Positions 9,493-18,309 of a DNA stretch of 64,000 nt are shown here, in pieces. The stretch is from a virus (taxonomy: Duplodnaviria > Caudoviricetes). The notes under the pieces were generated by a model. That model was given only the letters and a program-made list of their open reading frames with translations, was not told where the DNA came from and searched no databases. The stretch is taken from positions 1-64,000 of IMG/VR virus record IMGVR_UViG_3300033062_002592; one strand, 5' to 3'. Both the position numbers and the translations under genes were made by a program. The first letter of the stretch is position 1. Each line of letters begins with the position of its first letter.

Positions 9493-9788
9493 TGTCCGAA
9501 CTCATGCGATGCCCATTTTGTGGTGCAGAAATGGAACCAGACTTAAACCACTCAGGTGGGTGGTTAAGGGAAGATACTTTACCTGAAAATTTTATAGCTG
9601 ACCGAGTGCTAAGATGCACAAATAGAGGTCCCTGTGGTAAGCCTATTCTTCTTATTTCAGGCGTTTGGTACAAATGGGTGTATCACAACGGTGGTGATAT
9701 GTATTGGGAAGCTTTCGCTCCCATAAATGCTAAGCCTCGCAAGATTTCATCCAACTTCATCGGTGGAAAACAGGTGTTTCAAATATGA
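9492..9788 (+). CDS. Zn-ribbon small protein with C-terminal tag variant (KPRKISSNFIGGKQVFQI)
   Basis: ATG at 9492 overlapping TAA; CPFC...C.N..PC; aromatic hairpin; tag. Confidence 0.75.
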   Translation: MSELMRCPFCGAEMEPDLNHSGGWLREDTLPENFIADRVLRCTNRGPCGKPILLISGVWYKWVYHNGGDMYWEAFAPINAKPRKISSNFIGGKQVFQI

Positions 9789-10084
9789 CCAAGAAATGTC
9801 CACGGTGCGGAACAGAATCTCCAACTGAATATGCTGGACAAATTCCTTACTCAAGTACCACCATTACTGGTGGTTTACCGAGTCGAGATTCATGGAGGAA
9901 CTCTACAGGTCTCAGATGTCCGCGGTGTCAAACTGCTTCTAGCAGAGGAAATGGTTACTTTATGTTTCTTGAAGATGATTCAACTTACTATTTAAACTGT
10001 GATGGTGATTATGAATGGCATCTTTTCAAGCCGGTAAAGCCACGTAAAGGTATTTTAATTGGCAGAGAGGTGTTTCAACCATGA
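9785..10084 (+). CDS. Zn-ribbon small protein with C-terminal tag (KPRKGILIGREVFQP)
   Basis: CPRC...CPRC; tag. Confidence 0.8.
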   Translation: MTKKCPRCGTESPTEYAGQIPYSSTTITGGLPSRDSWRNSTGLRCPRCQTASSRGNGYFMFLEDDSTYYLNCDGDYEWHLFKPVKPRKGILIGREVFQP

Positions 10085-10374
10085 AATGTTTCATTTGCCA
10101 TCAAGATATTAGATGTGAGGGACGCCTTAGCTACGGAGGAGACAGACAGGGTCTTCCCATAAATACAGACTTTGAAGGATGGCTATCGTATAGATGTGGC
10201 TCATCTAACCATGAAATAGTACAGCTCCATGCTGTTTCACCCGATGGAGATATTTACATCTATGACGTTTCTGCTGGACATGACCACAGCTCTCAATGGA
10301 GATGGAGAAAACTTCAACAAAAAACGCGCAAAAAGGGCACTTTTGTGGGTGGCTCACAGGTGATGCAATTTTGA
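10081..10374 (+). CDS. Zn-ribbon small protein with C-terminal tag (RKKGTFVGGSQVMQF)
   Basis: CFIC...C...H; tag. Confidence 0.8.
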   Translation: MKCFICHQDIRCEGRLSYGGDRQGLPINTDFEGWLSYRCGSSNHEIVQLHAVSPDGDIYIYDVSAGHDHSSQWRWRKLQQKTRKKGTFVGGSQVMQF

Positions 10375-10658
10375 CAGATTACATCAGATACCTTTGCCCA
10401 ATCTGCGGTCGTCCTTTAGAAGAAAGAGCTCCTTGGAGCAATACTTTGGGTCTTTCAGAAAAGAAGGTTAGGGGGCGCAGAGCCTTTCATTGCCCACGAG
10501 GTGTAAACTACAAACACCCATATTCTTGTTTCCTTCTGCTTAGAGATGGTAGTTTTTACAAATTTAGTGGCAAAAGTTGGGTTCCTTCAGTTCTGAAAAC
10601 CAAAAAAGTTTCACGCAAAGGCAAAATTATCGGTGCGTGCCCTGTTTCACAATCCTAA
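10371..10658 (+). CDS. Zn-ribbon small protein with C-terminal tag (RKGKIIGACPVSQS)
   Basis: TTG start overlapping the upstream TGA; CPIC...C...H; tag. Confidence 0.75.
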   Translation: MTDYIRYLCPICGRPLEERAPWSNTLGLSEKKVRGRRAFHCPRGVNYKHPYSCFLLLRDGSFYKFSGKSWVPSVLKTKKVSRKGKIIGACPVSQS

Positions 10659-10919
10659 TCACAACGTTTATATACTCCGAATGCGCTATTATTCTTGCTG
10701 TTGATATTATGAATTTTATTCATTTCGCGGAAATGCTCAGCCACATCATGGCAACAAAAGTTCAACCAAATCCGAATCTTCCATACTACGGAGCCGCAAT
10801 AATATTAGGCACCGCCATCTTCATGGTGTTCTATTTATTGAAAGCTCATCCAGGCCATCGCCATCATCGATAGAAACATTTATATAATCCTTACTGCATT
10901 TATATTAGAGTGATTTGAC

Positions 10920-11447
10920 ATGAGAAAAATCAAAATAGTGGATCTTCCTGTTGTAACCGATGAACCCTACGAAAGCACTAACGAAGCTCTGAAGGCTTCT
11001 ATCAAAAAATGGGAAACTATCTTTGTACTTCATTGTGACAACAAGCTGGTCAGCAATTGGTTTGCCGACACCTGTGCGCTTTGCTCCCTATTTATCAAAA
11101 ATGATATTCTAGGCGAATGCGCTCACTGCCCAATTAAGAAAAAAACTGGTTCTACACAATGCAGAAACACTCCTTTCATTGCATATTCGGCTTATGCTTC
11201 GGAGTGCATTTATCAGGCCAACCGTGGCAACAATTACATGATAAACTTTCTCAAGCTTGCCAATTTAGCTCGTGCCGAAGTTGTTTTTCTGCGAAGTCTT
11301 TTACCGCAAAAATGGACAGTGGAACTTTCAGGGATGGTTCGCGGCATAGAAGCCGAAGATGAAGATGAAGCCAAGTCAATTGCCATGTTCGACATACTTG
11401 ACATCGAAAACGCAAATGACTGGACCGTGAAGGTGTATAGAGAATGA
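10920..11447 (+). CDS. Cys-rich hypothetical protein
   Basis: SIKKWE...CALC...CAHCP...C motif; promoter at 10872-10890. Confidence 0.65.
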   Translation: MRKIKIVDLPVVTDEPYESTNEALKASIKKWETIFVLHCDNKLVSNWFADTCALCSLFIKNDILGECAHCPIKKKTGSTQCRNTPFIAYSAYASECIYQANRGNNYMINFLKLANLARAEVVFLRSLLPQKWTVELSGMVRGIEAEDEDEAKSIAMFDILDIENANDWTVKVYRE

Positions 11448-11872
11448 AGTTCCTCAAGCGAAATGACAAAGGAGAATTGATGATGACCGAAGCTGAACCA
11501 GCAGATGCCGTTGATGTTTCAATAGTTATGCCAGAAGAACATTCGCCAATCGTGACCGAGGAAAACTTTCCAGTAGCCGCGGTAAAACCGGAGATGCCTA
11601 AGAAAGAAGAACTGGCAGCGTTTCTAATCAGCGAGGAAACTCTCCTAGCTGAGATGAAAAAGGCCGGTGGCAAAGACCTCACGACACACCAATTCGCAAT
11701 ACTGATAGCGAAGCCTGTCAAGAAATCAGAGGATCCCATTCTGCACCACAAATGGGATCAAGCCCACGGCGAAATCCGAAGCATGATGCGGAAACTTGAG
11801 AAAGCTGGAAAGGTTTCCTCAAGAAAAGACCCCAACTCGAAGAAACTCCGGTATCTTTACAGCCTAGTTTAA
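11444..11872 (+). CDS. Winged-helix-like DNA-binding protein
   Basis: LTTHQFA...IRSMMRKLEKAGKV...YSL; resembles the C-terminus of 4177-4815. Confidence 0.6.
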   Translation: MKFLKRNDKGELMMTEAEPADAVDVSIVMPEEHSPIVTEENFPVAAVKPEMPKKEELAAFLISEETLLAEMKKAGGKDLTTHQFAILIAKPVKKSEDPILHHKWDQAHGEIRSMMRKLEKAGKVSSRKDPNSKKLRYLYSLV

Positions 11873-11973
11873 TCACCTTCTAGTCTGCAAGCTGGACTTT
11901 CTTCCTTTTTTCTATTCCTTAGCGATAGCTATATATCTTCCATCATCATTGATGTAATCAGATGTGAGTATCT

Positions 11974-12153
11974 ATGAAAGTTTACCACCGAGTCTGCGGC
12001 GATCCTGGATGTAGGATGCAGTTCCTATGTTATGGTGAATGTAATCATCGTCCACGACTTAAAGACAAAACCTTCTGCTATTGTCCGATTCATTGTAAAA
12101 ACCACACTTTTATTATAGAACCACAAGCGAGGTGTAAATCCCGCTTTGGTTAG
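11974..12153 (+). CDS. Cys-rich small protein (59 aa, not in ORF track), untagged
   Basis: MKVYHRVCGDPGCRMQFLCYGEC...CYCPIHC...RCKSRFG; paralog of 12433-12648; promoter at 11921-11941. Confidence 0.7.
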   Translation: MKVYHRVCGDPGCRMQFLCYGECNHRPRLKDKTFCYCPIHCKNHTFIIEPQARCKSRFG

Positions 12154-12253
12154 TAAATCGGGAGAAGAAAGCATGAAGGAATTTCTTTTGCGGGTGAGAG
12201 TGGCAGACCTTTACAGCATGATGATGGAGCATAATAATCGAGGCGATTAATCC

Positions 12254-12418
12254 ATGTGTAGGTGTGATCCATTAGAAAAGCTCATAGCAACAAATTGGTC
12301 CTACTACCGTTGCCCTAAATGTGGAAAAGAATATTTCTCCGCTGGAAGGGCTAGAGTAATTGACAAAACAGATTTAGGTTCAATAAAGGAAAGAAAAAGG
12401 AAAGGAATTCCCTATTAA
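12254..12418 (+). CDS. Small Zn-ribbon protein (54 aa, not in ORF track)
   Basis: MCRC...RCPKCGKEY...KERKRKGIPY; the basic end resembles a truncated tag. Confidence 0.55.
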   Translation: MCRCDPLEKLIATNWSYYRCPKCGKEYFSAGRARVIDKTDLGSIKERKRKGIPY

Positions 12419-12432
12419 GGTGATGAATAACC

Positions 12433-12648
12433 TTGAGTAAAGCTGAAAAGTGCAAAGTTTTTCACCGCGTCTGCGCCAACTCTTTTTGTGAAATGCAGTT
12501 CATCTGTGATGGCTCATGCGAATTGCCCATGAATCTATATAATAAAAATGCCTGTGATTGTATCCTTCATTGTAAAACTCATGATTATATTGGAGAATTC
12601 AAAAGTATGTACTGTCGAGCCCGCTTTCCAGAGAGGTTCACTCAATGA
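12433..12648 (+). CDS. Cys-rich small protein, untagged
   Basis: KVFHRVC..C.MQF.C.G.C...C.C..HC; paralog of 11974-12153. Confidence 0.7.
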   Translation: MSKAEKCKVFHRVCANSFCEMQFICDGSCELPMNLYNKNACDCILHCKTHDYIGEFKSMYCRARFPERFTQ

Positions 12649-13027
12649 GTTTATTAACCAACTCTTCAAATTTAAGAGTATCCGCATACATAGCATACCA
12701 ATGTAATAAGATATGGCACTTACTACACAATGGTACAAAATCGTTAGGATGTGCATTGTAATATATATAGGTACAGGGATGCCATTTTCCATGAATTTCG
12801 TGATAATGAACCCAATTTGTATTAGTGCGTCCGCACAAATAACAAACAGTGCCAAGAAGGTTCATAGTTTTAATCCTTTGCGCCTTGTTCCAAGAATTGT
12901 GGAGTTTTCTACTAGATTCCAAATCAACCGCATATCTTTGCTTTCTATTCTCCCTAATCTTTTCCGAATGGTCTCTGTAATACTGTCTAAAATATTCGGT
13001 TCTATCCATGTTGTAATACACCTCCAA
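12638..13027 (-). CDS. HNH endonuclease (free-standing)
   Basis: CYLCG...HYHEI...PLCSKCH; N-terminal YFRQYY helix typical of viral HNH proteins; antisense to its neighbours. Confidence 0.8.
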   Translation of the reverse strand: MEVYYNMDRTEYFRQYYRDHSEKIRENRKQRYAVDLESSRKLHNSWNKAQRIKTMNLLGTVCYLCGRTNTNWVHYHEIHGKWHPCTYIYYNAHPNDFVPLCSKCHILLHWYAMYADTLKFEELVNKLIE

Positions 13028-13142
13028 TTAACTGCATTACAACATAACTTGACCAAATTCCTAAGTAAAAGCGCAAGATTTATATTCTCCGAAAGCATAT
13101 TGCATCTTGCTCTCATAAGCAACAAAAAAAGAGTAGATAAAG

Positions 13143-13361
13143 ATGCCACGAGCAATAGCCATAAAAATTGGTAGATTCGGCGGAGAAGCCCGCGAGTTTA
13201 TCCTCAACGAAAACGCCACCGTCAATGACGCATTGGCGATGTCGGGTGAGAAGCTGAAGAAAGGAGAGACTCTCTCTATCTTCGGTGACACCGTGAGGGG
13301 AACCCACGAGCTTTCTGAGGGTGACGTAATCGTCATTCAGCCGAGTACCACCGGCGCATAA
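13143..13361 (+). CDS. Ubiquitin-like beta-grasp protein (SAMP/MoaD/ThiS-like) ending TTGA
   Basis: 72 aa; ATVNDAL helix start and LSEGDVIVIQPSTTGA tail matching the L.dGD.v.i.Ppv.GG beta-grasp end; first gene of an operon with E2-like, JAB and E1 genes. Confidence 0.8.
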   Translation: MPRAIAIKIGRFGGEAREFILNENATVNDALAMSGEKLKKGETLSIFGDTVRGTHELSEGDVIVIQPSTTGA

Positions 13362-13366
13362 ACGCC

Positions 13367-13413
13367 AGGAAGTGCTTTATTGATGCGCATTTCCTCATCT
13401 CCCATCTTTTTTT
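13367..13413 (+). terminator. Hairpin plus U-tract after the Ubl gene
   Basis: AGGAAGTGC (13367-75) pairs with GCATTTCCT (13387-95), followed by T7 at 13407-13413. Confidence 0.5.
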
Positions 13414-13448
13414 GTTCTGTGAGATTAGCACCAAGGTGAAATGAAAAA

Positions 13449-14690
13449 ATGAAAGTAAAATTTGGAGATTTCGAGGAAGTCGAAAATGCCGACTATGTAA
13501 AGCAAAAGCTAACCGACTTTTTTAAGCCGACAAAATCCGACAAATTCAAGGAAATATTCATAGCATATCCACATCAATGCTTCTCCGAAGAATATGCACC
13601 GGCAGAGCCAGACAAAGAACTCCTAGAAATGTATATATACAGCATTCCAAAAGATGTAAAGGCTGATGCCGGCAGAACCGAAATACTGCGAATGAATGGT
13701 GTTAATTTAGCACCAGTGGGTGGTCAGCGTGATTGTCTGAAAGTGCATGAAGTTCCAAAAACGTATGATACCATTGAAGACGAAACCGGAAACGTGCTTG
13801 CCATTTTGAAAAACAATCACATTTGGGTCACAAACGACATTTGCCATGGAATGGTCTCTGGAAGTGATGGAGTTGACCAGATGTTCAACACATACATGGG
13901 TTTCGTGGGCGAAAACTTTTTGAATCCGCCAACACCAGAAGAACTTGAGGAAAGAGTTGCACAGTCCCTCAAGCTCATCATCGAGCGGAGCTTCAATGAA
14001 ACAACCAAAAAAATCGAATCCGAAGTACACTCACTCTCAACTGAGGTTGCATCAACCCAAACAAGATATACGGATTTAATTGCACAACTTTCCAGAAAAA
14101 GTGAAATACTTGAGTTGGCAAAGCAACGAAATATGCCGGATCCCAAAGTCCTGCTCAATAAAGTGAAAAAGTTTCCGTGGGTTGACCATCTCAATTTGAA
14201 ATCGGGGATGATTTCTGTGGAAACAAAGCCGATTTCAATTGGTCCATTTCTGTATGGATCTTGGAAGATTTCTTTGGCAAAAGAAGTTCCCATAATGAAA
14301 CATGAAGTGCAAGGCAAAACATTGCACCCATACGAATGGGATGAACACCATGGAAACAAATACTGTTTAGGGGGCTTCGCCCATGACTATACCCAAGCAT
14401 ATAACAGAGGAGACATAGTTGAAGCCTTCAGCATCTGCAAATTGGAAATTACCTCGTACAGCATAGACACAAAGATGACTCCAATTGAAAAGTTCTTCAC
14501 GGCAATCATGGGTAAGAAAGCTCTGGATAAAATCTTCGATGAAGTGTCAAAGGAAAACAAATTCAAAGAATCAGATGGTGTGCAAATCCTATCAATCAAC
14601 GGCCATGAAGTAACATATGTGGGATACAAACGTCTAGCAGACGGCACTAATGCTGTCAACCGAGAAAGGGCCGTGATAAACTATGAGTAA
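13449..14690 (+). CDS. Putative E2-like (UBC-fold) protein with central coiled coil
   Basis: HPY...G..YCLG (about 14325-14372) resembles the HP(N)...G.iCL E2 active-site motif; coiled-coil region; lies between the Ubl and JAB genes. Confidence 0.55.
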   Translation: MKVKFGDFEEVENADYVKQKLTDFFKPTKSDKFKEIFIAYPHQCFSEEYAPAEPDKELLEMYIYSIPKDVKADAGRTEILRMNGVNLAPVGGQRDCLKVHEVPKTYDTIEDETGNVLAILKNNHIWVTNDICHGMVSGSDGVDQMFNTYMGFVGENFLNPPTPEELEERVAQSLKLIIERSFNETTKKIESEVHSLSTEVASTQTRYTDLIAQLSRKSEILELAKQRNMPDPKVLLNKVKKFPWVDHLNLKSGMISVETKPISIGPFLYGSWKISLAKEVPIMKHEVQGKTLHPYEWDEHHGNKYCLGGFAHDYTQAYNRGDIVEAFSICKLEITSYSIDTKMTPIEKFFTAIMGKKALDKIFDEVSKENKFKESDGVQILSINGHEVTYVGYKRLADGTNAVNRERAVINYE

Positions 14691-15822
14691 TTCCATTCAC
14701 ATTCCCTTTGCAGTTTTCCAAAAAGTGAAAACCTACGCAGAGCTGGCGCACGAAGATGATGCTGAAATTGGCGGCTATGTTCAAATGACAGAGCTTCCTG
14801 ATGTCGGGTTAATGGTCAAGGACTTTTTGCTTCCAACTCAAGAAGTTTCAGGGGGAAGCATGAAAGTCGTTCCCGGCGGAGAATGGATGAAAACTCTGTC
14901 AACAGAAGACCTAAAAGAAATCAGGGGCTGGTGGCATTCTCATGGAAAAATGGGCACGTTTCACAGTGGCACCGATGATACAACATTGGACGACAAGTTT
15001 GATGGTGAAACAGCAGGTTCGCCGCCTTATGCAGTTTCCATAGTTTTCTCTCTACCAGATGAAATCAAAGCCAGACTTTCGTATTTCAAGCCAATCAAAA
15101 CCAAAATAATGGAAGTTCCAGTAGAAATCATCTATGAAAAGTGCCCTCACTGTGGCGGAGATATGGAAACTAAGCTACCTAAAGCAGACTTTGAGAAATA
15201 CTGTGAAGAGGTCAAAACTCGGGTTTTCAAAGAAATATACGGATATTGGCAGAATGATAAGCTAAAACGTCTCGGAACTAAGAAAAAGGAAACCACGACA
15301 AACCCTCGCAAAGGGGCTGCGGCGGATACGGACCAAAATTCTACCCAGGATTCGGAAACGGACCAGAATTCTTCGACTACTGACTCTGGTGTTCAAAGCC
15401 TAAGAACTTTTTTTCAAGAAGATTTCGAGGAAGCTGAATGGGAAATAGCCGAAAAAATCATAGATGATATCACCGGCATGAGCATGGCCGAACTAATTGA
15501 AAACGGTCAGTACGACCCAGAGTTATACGAAGACATTGAGGAAAAATATCAAGCCGAACTCAAGAAAGCCAAAGTGAAAGCCTTTATAGTTAAAGGCCGC
15601 TGCCCCCATCAATTCCTTAACGACAAGTTCCGCCCAATCTGCCATTTTCATGGCAAAAACTTTGACTGTAAAAACTGTAAGCACCTGCCGAAGGCTCCCG
15701 CCTTCAAGCGCAAGATGTCTGTGAGAGAGGCCTGCGAACAAACCACTTTAGCCGTCCAAAAAGAGAAAGACTTATCTAATCCTTCTTCATCTAAATCTAT
15801 GAAGAAGATTGTCATTGACTGA
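14683..15822 (+). CDS. JAB/MPN+ metallo-isopeptidase with Zn-binding and acidic extensions
   Basis: EIGG...QE...GWWHSHGKMGTFHSGTDD fits the E...HxH-x7-S-x2-D motif; CPHC and a C-terminal C/H cluster. Confidence 0.9.
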   Translation: MSNSIHIPFAVFQKVKTYAELAHEDDAEIGGYVQMTELPDVGLMVKDFLLPTQEVSGGSMKVVPGGEWMKTLSTEDLKEIRGWWHSHGKMGTFHSGTDDTTLDDKFDGETAGSPPYAVSIVFSLPDEIKARLSYFKPIKTKIMEVPVEIIYEKCPHCGGDMETKLPKADFEKYCEEVKTRVFKEIYGYWQNDKLKRLGTKKKETTTNPRKGAAADTDQNSTQDSETDQNSSTTDSGVQSLRTFFQEDFEEAEWEIAEKIIDDITGMSMAELIENGQYDPELYEDIEEKYQAELKKAKVKAFIVKGRCPHQFLNDKFRPICHFHGKNFDCKNCKHLPKAPAFKRKMSVREACEQTTLAVQKEKDLSNPSSSKSMKKIVID

Positions 15823-15834
15823 AGGTAGTAAACC

Positions 15835-16020
15835 ATGAAAAGCAATCCTTTACCCCACATTCTTGAAATTGCTAGAGATAACGAAGTTCCTAGAAAATTC
15901 ATAGTCAATAACCTGGAGTTTTTTATTGCCGAACTACGAGAAAGACAAAAACAATGGAAAGAAAAAGTTGAATCGAAGGTCTGCTATATTCCCATAGAAG
16001 AACTTTTAGGAGAGATGTAA
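15835..16020 (+). CDS. Small hypothetical protein in the Ubl operon
   Basis: 61-aa ORF between JAB and E1. Confidence 0.5.
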   Translation: MKSNPLPHILEIARDNEVPRKFIVNNLEFFIAELRERQKQWKEKVESKVCYIPIEELLGEM

Positions 16021-16021
16021 A

Positions 16022-16696
16022 TTGGCTGAATTCATTCGGCAACAAAGTTTGATAGACCAAGCGAAGCTTTCCGAGCTTCGCATAGCTATCATCGGTGCGG
16101 GAGCAATAGGCTCTTATACAGCCCTGACATTGACAAAAATGGGCTGTACGCACCTAACAGTTTGGGACAAAGACAACGTAGAGTTGCACAATATTTCCAA
16201 TCAGCTTTTCAACCGTGAATCGTTGGGAACCCCCAAAGTTGTGGCAGTTGAGCAGGAATGCAAGAGATACGCTCCAACAGGTGTTGATGTGGAAATTTAC
16301 AATGAATTCTATGAAGGTCAAACCCTAGACAAACATGATGTCGTGATAGCCTTGACAGATAATATTGAAGGGCGAGCCAAAGCGTTTGAAGCCGCATTTA
16401 AATCGCAGAAAGCCATGCTGTTCATAGATGGTCGAATGGGGGCTGAAACTCTGCGAACTTTCGTTTTCAATCCGAAGGATCCCGATGCTTCAAAGGAATA
16501 TTATGAAGATTACATCGAGGATGTTCAAAACGAAGAACTGCCATGCACTGCTAGGAGCATCATATACAATGTGCTGATGGCGGCTTCGCTGATTTCATCC
16601 TACGTAAAACGGTTCGTTCAAGGCGAGCCTGCGCCATTTCAAATCATCTACAATTTCAAAGATTACTCCCAATGCAAATCATTGGTGGTGACATAA
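16022..16696 (+). CDS. ThiF/MoeB/E1-family adenylyltransferase
   Basis: RQ...IIGAGAIGS, D.D.VE.HN..NQ, PKV, TDN..GR, IDGRMG; ELPCT is a candidate catalytic Cys; no CxxC Zn pairs. Confidence 0.92.
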   Translation: MAEFIRQQSLIDQAKLSELRIAIIGAGAIGSYTALTLTKMGCTHLTVWDKDNVELHNISNQLFNRESLGTPKVVAVEQECKRYAPTGVDVEIYNEFYEGQTLDKHDVVIALTDNIEGRAKAFEAAFKSQKAMLFIDGRMGAETLRTFVFNPKDPDASKEYYEDYIEDVQNEELPCTARSIIYNVLMAASLISSYVKRFVQGEPAPFQIIYNFKDYSQCKSLVVT

Positions 16697-17055
16697 TGCC
16701 ACATAATGCCAAAATTTGTGAACACTGTGGTTCTTTAGAATGGCAAGAAGAGTGGTCTGAAACTAGAAGTTCCAGGAAAACGTGGATGCCAAACGAAGAT
16801 GGAGAATATGAAGAAGAATGGGATGACGATGATTATGGTGGTTCTGATGGTGAACTTACTGGTACATTTTGTTCAGAGTGCGGCTCATCTCATCTCCTAG
16901 ATTTAGAAGCCTTGACAGAAGATGAAATTTTGGAACTTGATAACATAGCATCAGATGAGCGCGTTGCGGCTGCTAGAGCCATGTTAAATGGCTCATGGGA
17001 TGATGAGCCTGAAAGAAAAGGCAAATTAATCGGGAAGAGGGTGCGTCAAACTTGA
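16696..17055 (+). CDS. Acidic Zn-ribbon protein with C-terminal tag (PERKGKLIGKRVRQT)
   Basis: ATG overlaps the E1 TAA; CEHC...CSEC; tag. Confidence 0.8.
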   Translation: MPHNAKICEHCGSLEWQEEWSETRSSRKTWMPNEDGEYEEEWDDDDYGGSDGELTGTFCSECGSSHLLDLEALTEDEILELDNIASDERVAAARAMLNGSWDDEPERKGKLIGKRVRQT

Positions 17056-17333
17056 GTTTCTCGCGGAGCAATCTGAAAGTCGGAGACATCGTGCTGATAA
17101 ACCGTGGTAGTGCTTGTAGCCGACTTAATAATCCAAGTGGAAAAATCAAAGTTAAAATCCTAATGTTTCACGGTGATGCTAATTGGGGCGGAGGAAGTTA
17201 TGACTTCAAAGCCGATGCAACGATTTCCGGTGGTGAAGATTGGTATTACTATAACTTTTCGGAAATCCTCACAATTCCCAATCGGAAAAGAAAAACAAAA
17301 GGTAAACGTGTAGGAGAGTATTGGGCACAATGA
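17052..17333 (+). CDS. SH3/KOW-like small protein with tag variant (KTKGKRVGEYWAQ)
   Basis: NLKVGDIVLI...IKVKI...DF.A...YYNFSEI; paralog of 17330 and 18306. Confidence 0.75.
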   Translation: MSFSRSNLKVGDIVLINRGSACSRLNNPSGKIKVKILMFHGDANWGGGSYDFKADATISGGEDWYYYNFSEILTIPNRKRKTKGKRVGEYWAQ

Positions 17334-17593
17334 TTTTTAACCGTGGAAATTTGAAAAAAGGAAACATCGTACTGATTCGCTTTGGAAGGGGTCACAGCAG
17401 AAGCATGAATCCAAAAGGAAAAATCAAGGTAAGAATCACAAATTTTGTGAATGATGGCATGTATGATTTCAGGGCAAACGCCACAATGTCTAATGGTTTA
17501 TCTGACTATTACTACAACTTTTCTGAAATCCTCAAAATTTGCGAGGAACAAAAACATAAAGGAAAACGCGTAGGAGAGTTCTGGGCACAATGA
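17330..17593 (+). CDS. SH3/KOW-like small protein with tag variant (KHKGKRVGEFWAQ)
   Basis: Tandem paralog of 17052; ATGA coupling. Confidence 0.75.
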   Translation: MIFNRGNLKKGNIVLIRFGRGHSRSMNPKGKIKVRITNFVNDGMYDFRANATMSNGLSDYYYNFSEILKICEEQKHKGKRVGEFWAQ

Positions 17594-17925
17594 GCAAACC
17601 ATATCCCGATTTAGATGAGGAAACCCGAGCAAGAGTAATCAACCGCAGATTTGAATCCCAGCAAGTGCTAACAGCGGAAGAAACTTTGCGAATTATCGAA
17701 CACTTGAAAGCCGTGCAAAAGCTCGTGCCATTTGACAAACTTGCCGAGCTGTTCAAGATTCCATCATGGCGGCAGCACCAAATCTATTCAGCCCTGAAAA
17801 GGCGAAGCGATGTAAAGTTGCACTATAAGAAAGGTGAATGGTTTGCTGAATTTCACGAGGCTGCGCCTGCGTTGCTGACAACTCCTTTCAACACTGTAAA
17901 GGCGGAGGCTTCGCCAAATGAATAA
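17590..17925 (+). CDS. Untagged hypothetical protein, possible wHTH
   Basis: VPFDKLAELFKI...IYSALKR...GEWF pattern; translationally coupled. Confidence 0.6.
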   Translation: MSKPYPDLDEETRARVINRRFESQQVLTAEETLRIIEHLKAVQKLVPFDKLAELFKIPSWRQHQIYSALKRRSDVKLHYKKGEWFAEFHEAAPALLTTPFNTVKAEASPNE

Positions 17926-18115
17926 GCATAAATGCGGAAATTGCGGAAAGTATTTCGTTTGTTTAGCAGTCAGTTGCCCAAGTATTTCGGATTATCAAAA
18001 TAACGAAAAATCGACCTGTAATTGTGAACCTTGTGGCGGCGGCTGCAAAACAAGACCTTTCATTTTACCAAAACGAAAGAAAGGCACATTTATTGGTGAG
18101 AGGGTTTACCAATGA
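17918..18115 (+). CDS. Cys-rich small protein with C-terminal tag (KRKKGTFIGERVYQ)
   Basis: HKCGNCGKYFVCL...C.C..C...C.TRP; tag. Confidence 0.8.
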   Translation: MNKHKCGNCGKYFVCLAVSCPSISDYQNNEKSTCNCEPCGGGCKTRPFILPKRKKGTFIGERVYQ

Positions 18116-18309
18116 TAATTCATAAATGCGGAAATTGTGGTCAAAGATTCATCTGCTTAAATGGTGACTGTGTTGGAGAAGATTCAACCTGTTGGTGTTT
18201 GAACTGCACTAAAAAACCTGGAAGTCATAGAACACACTGTAGGACTAGACCCATTGAGGGTAAACCTCGTAAAAAAGGAACATTCATAGGGGAGCGTGTC
18301 TATCAATGA
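18112..18309 (+). CDS. Cys-rich small protein with C-terminal tag (KPRKKGTFIGERVYQ)
   Basis: Paralog of 17918; tag. Confidence 0.8.
   Translation: MIIHKCGNCGQRFICLNGDCVGEDSTCWCLNCTKKPGSHRTHCRTRPIEGKPRKKGTFIGERVYQ

Larger units (their letters stand above)
121..13091. promoter_or_regulatory. Dispersed family of about 18 extended archaeal promoters (purine-rich BRE - TTTATATA - n - TCC(G))
   Basis: Plus strand: about 121, 541, 6661, 7415, 8622, 10661, 10872, 11921, 13071. Minus strand: about 1450, 3456, 4134, 4832, 5406, 5857, 6011, 6360, 6575. Further copies at about 21881 and 25438. Most lie a few tens of nt upstream of a gene or ncRNA start. Confidence 0.8.

Noticed and set aside
9225-9788. 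Single 187-aa ORF as an ordinary gene
   Set aside because: Better explained as two domain-plus-tag genes joined by a one-base shift in the A7 run.
12254-12418. Twentieth tagged protein
   Set aside because: Ends RKRKGIPY* without the second Gly or the VxQ; at most a truncated tag, so it is not counted.
13707-14659. Antisense ORFs over the E2-like gene (and similar shadows over other long genes)
   Set aside because: Shadow frames of well-supported plus-strand genes, with no motifs, SD or promoter.
15328-15372. Short direct repeat in the JAB gene (TDQNS x2)
   Set aside because: Simple duplication in a low-complexity linker; no evidence of function.
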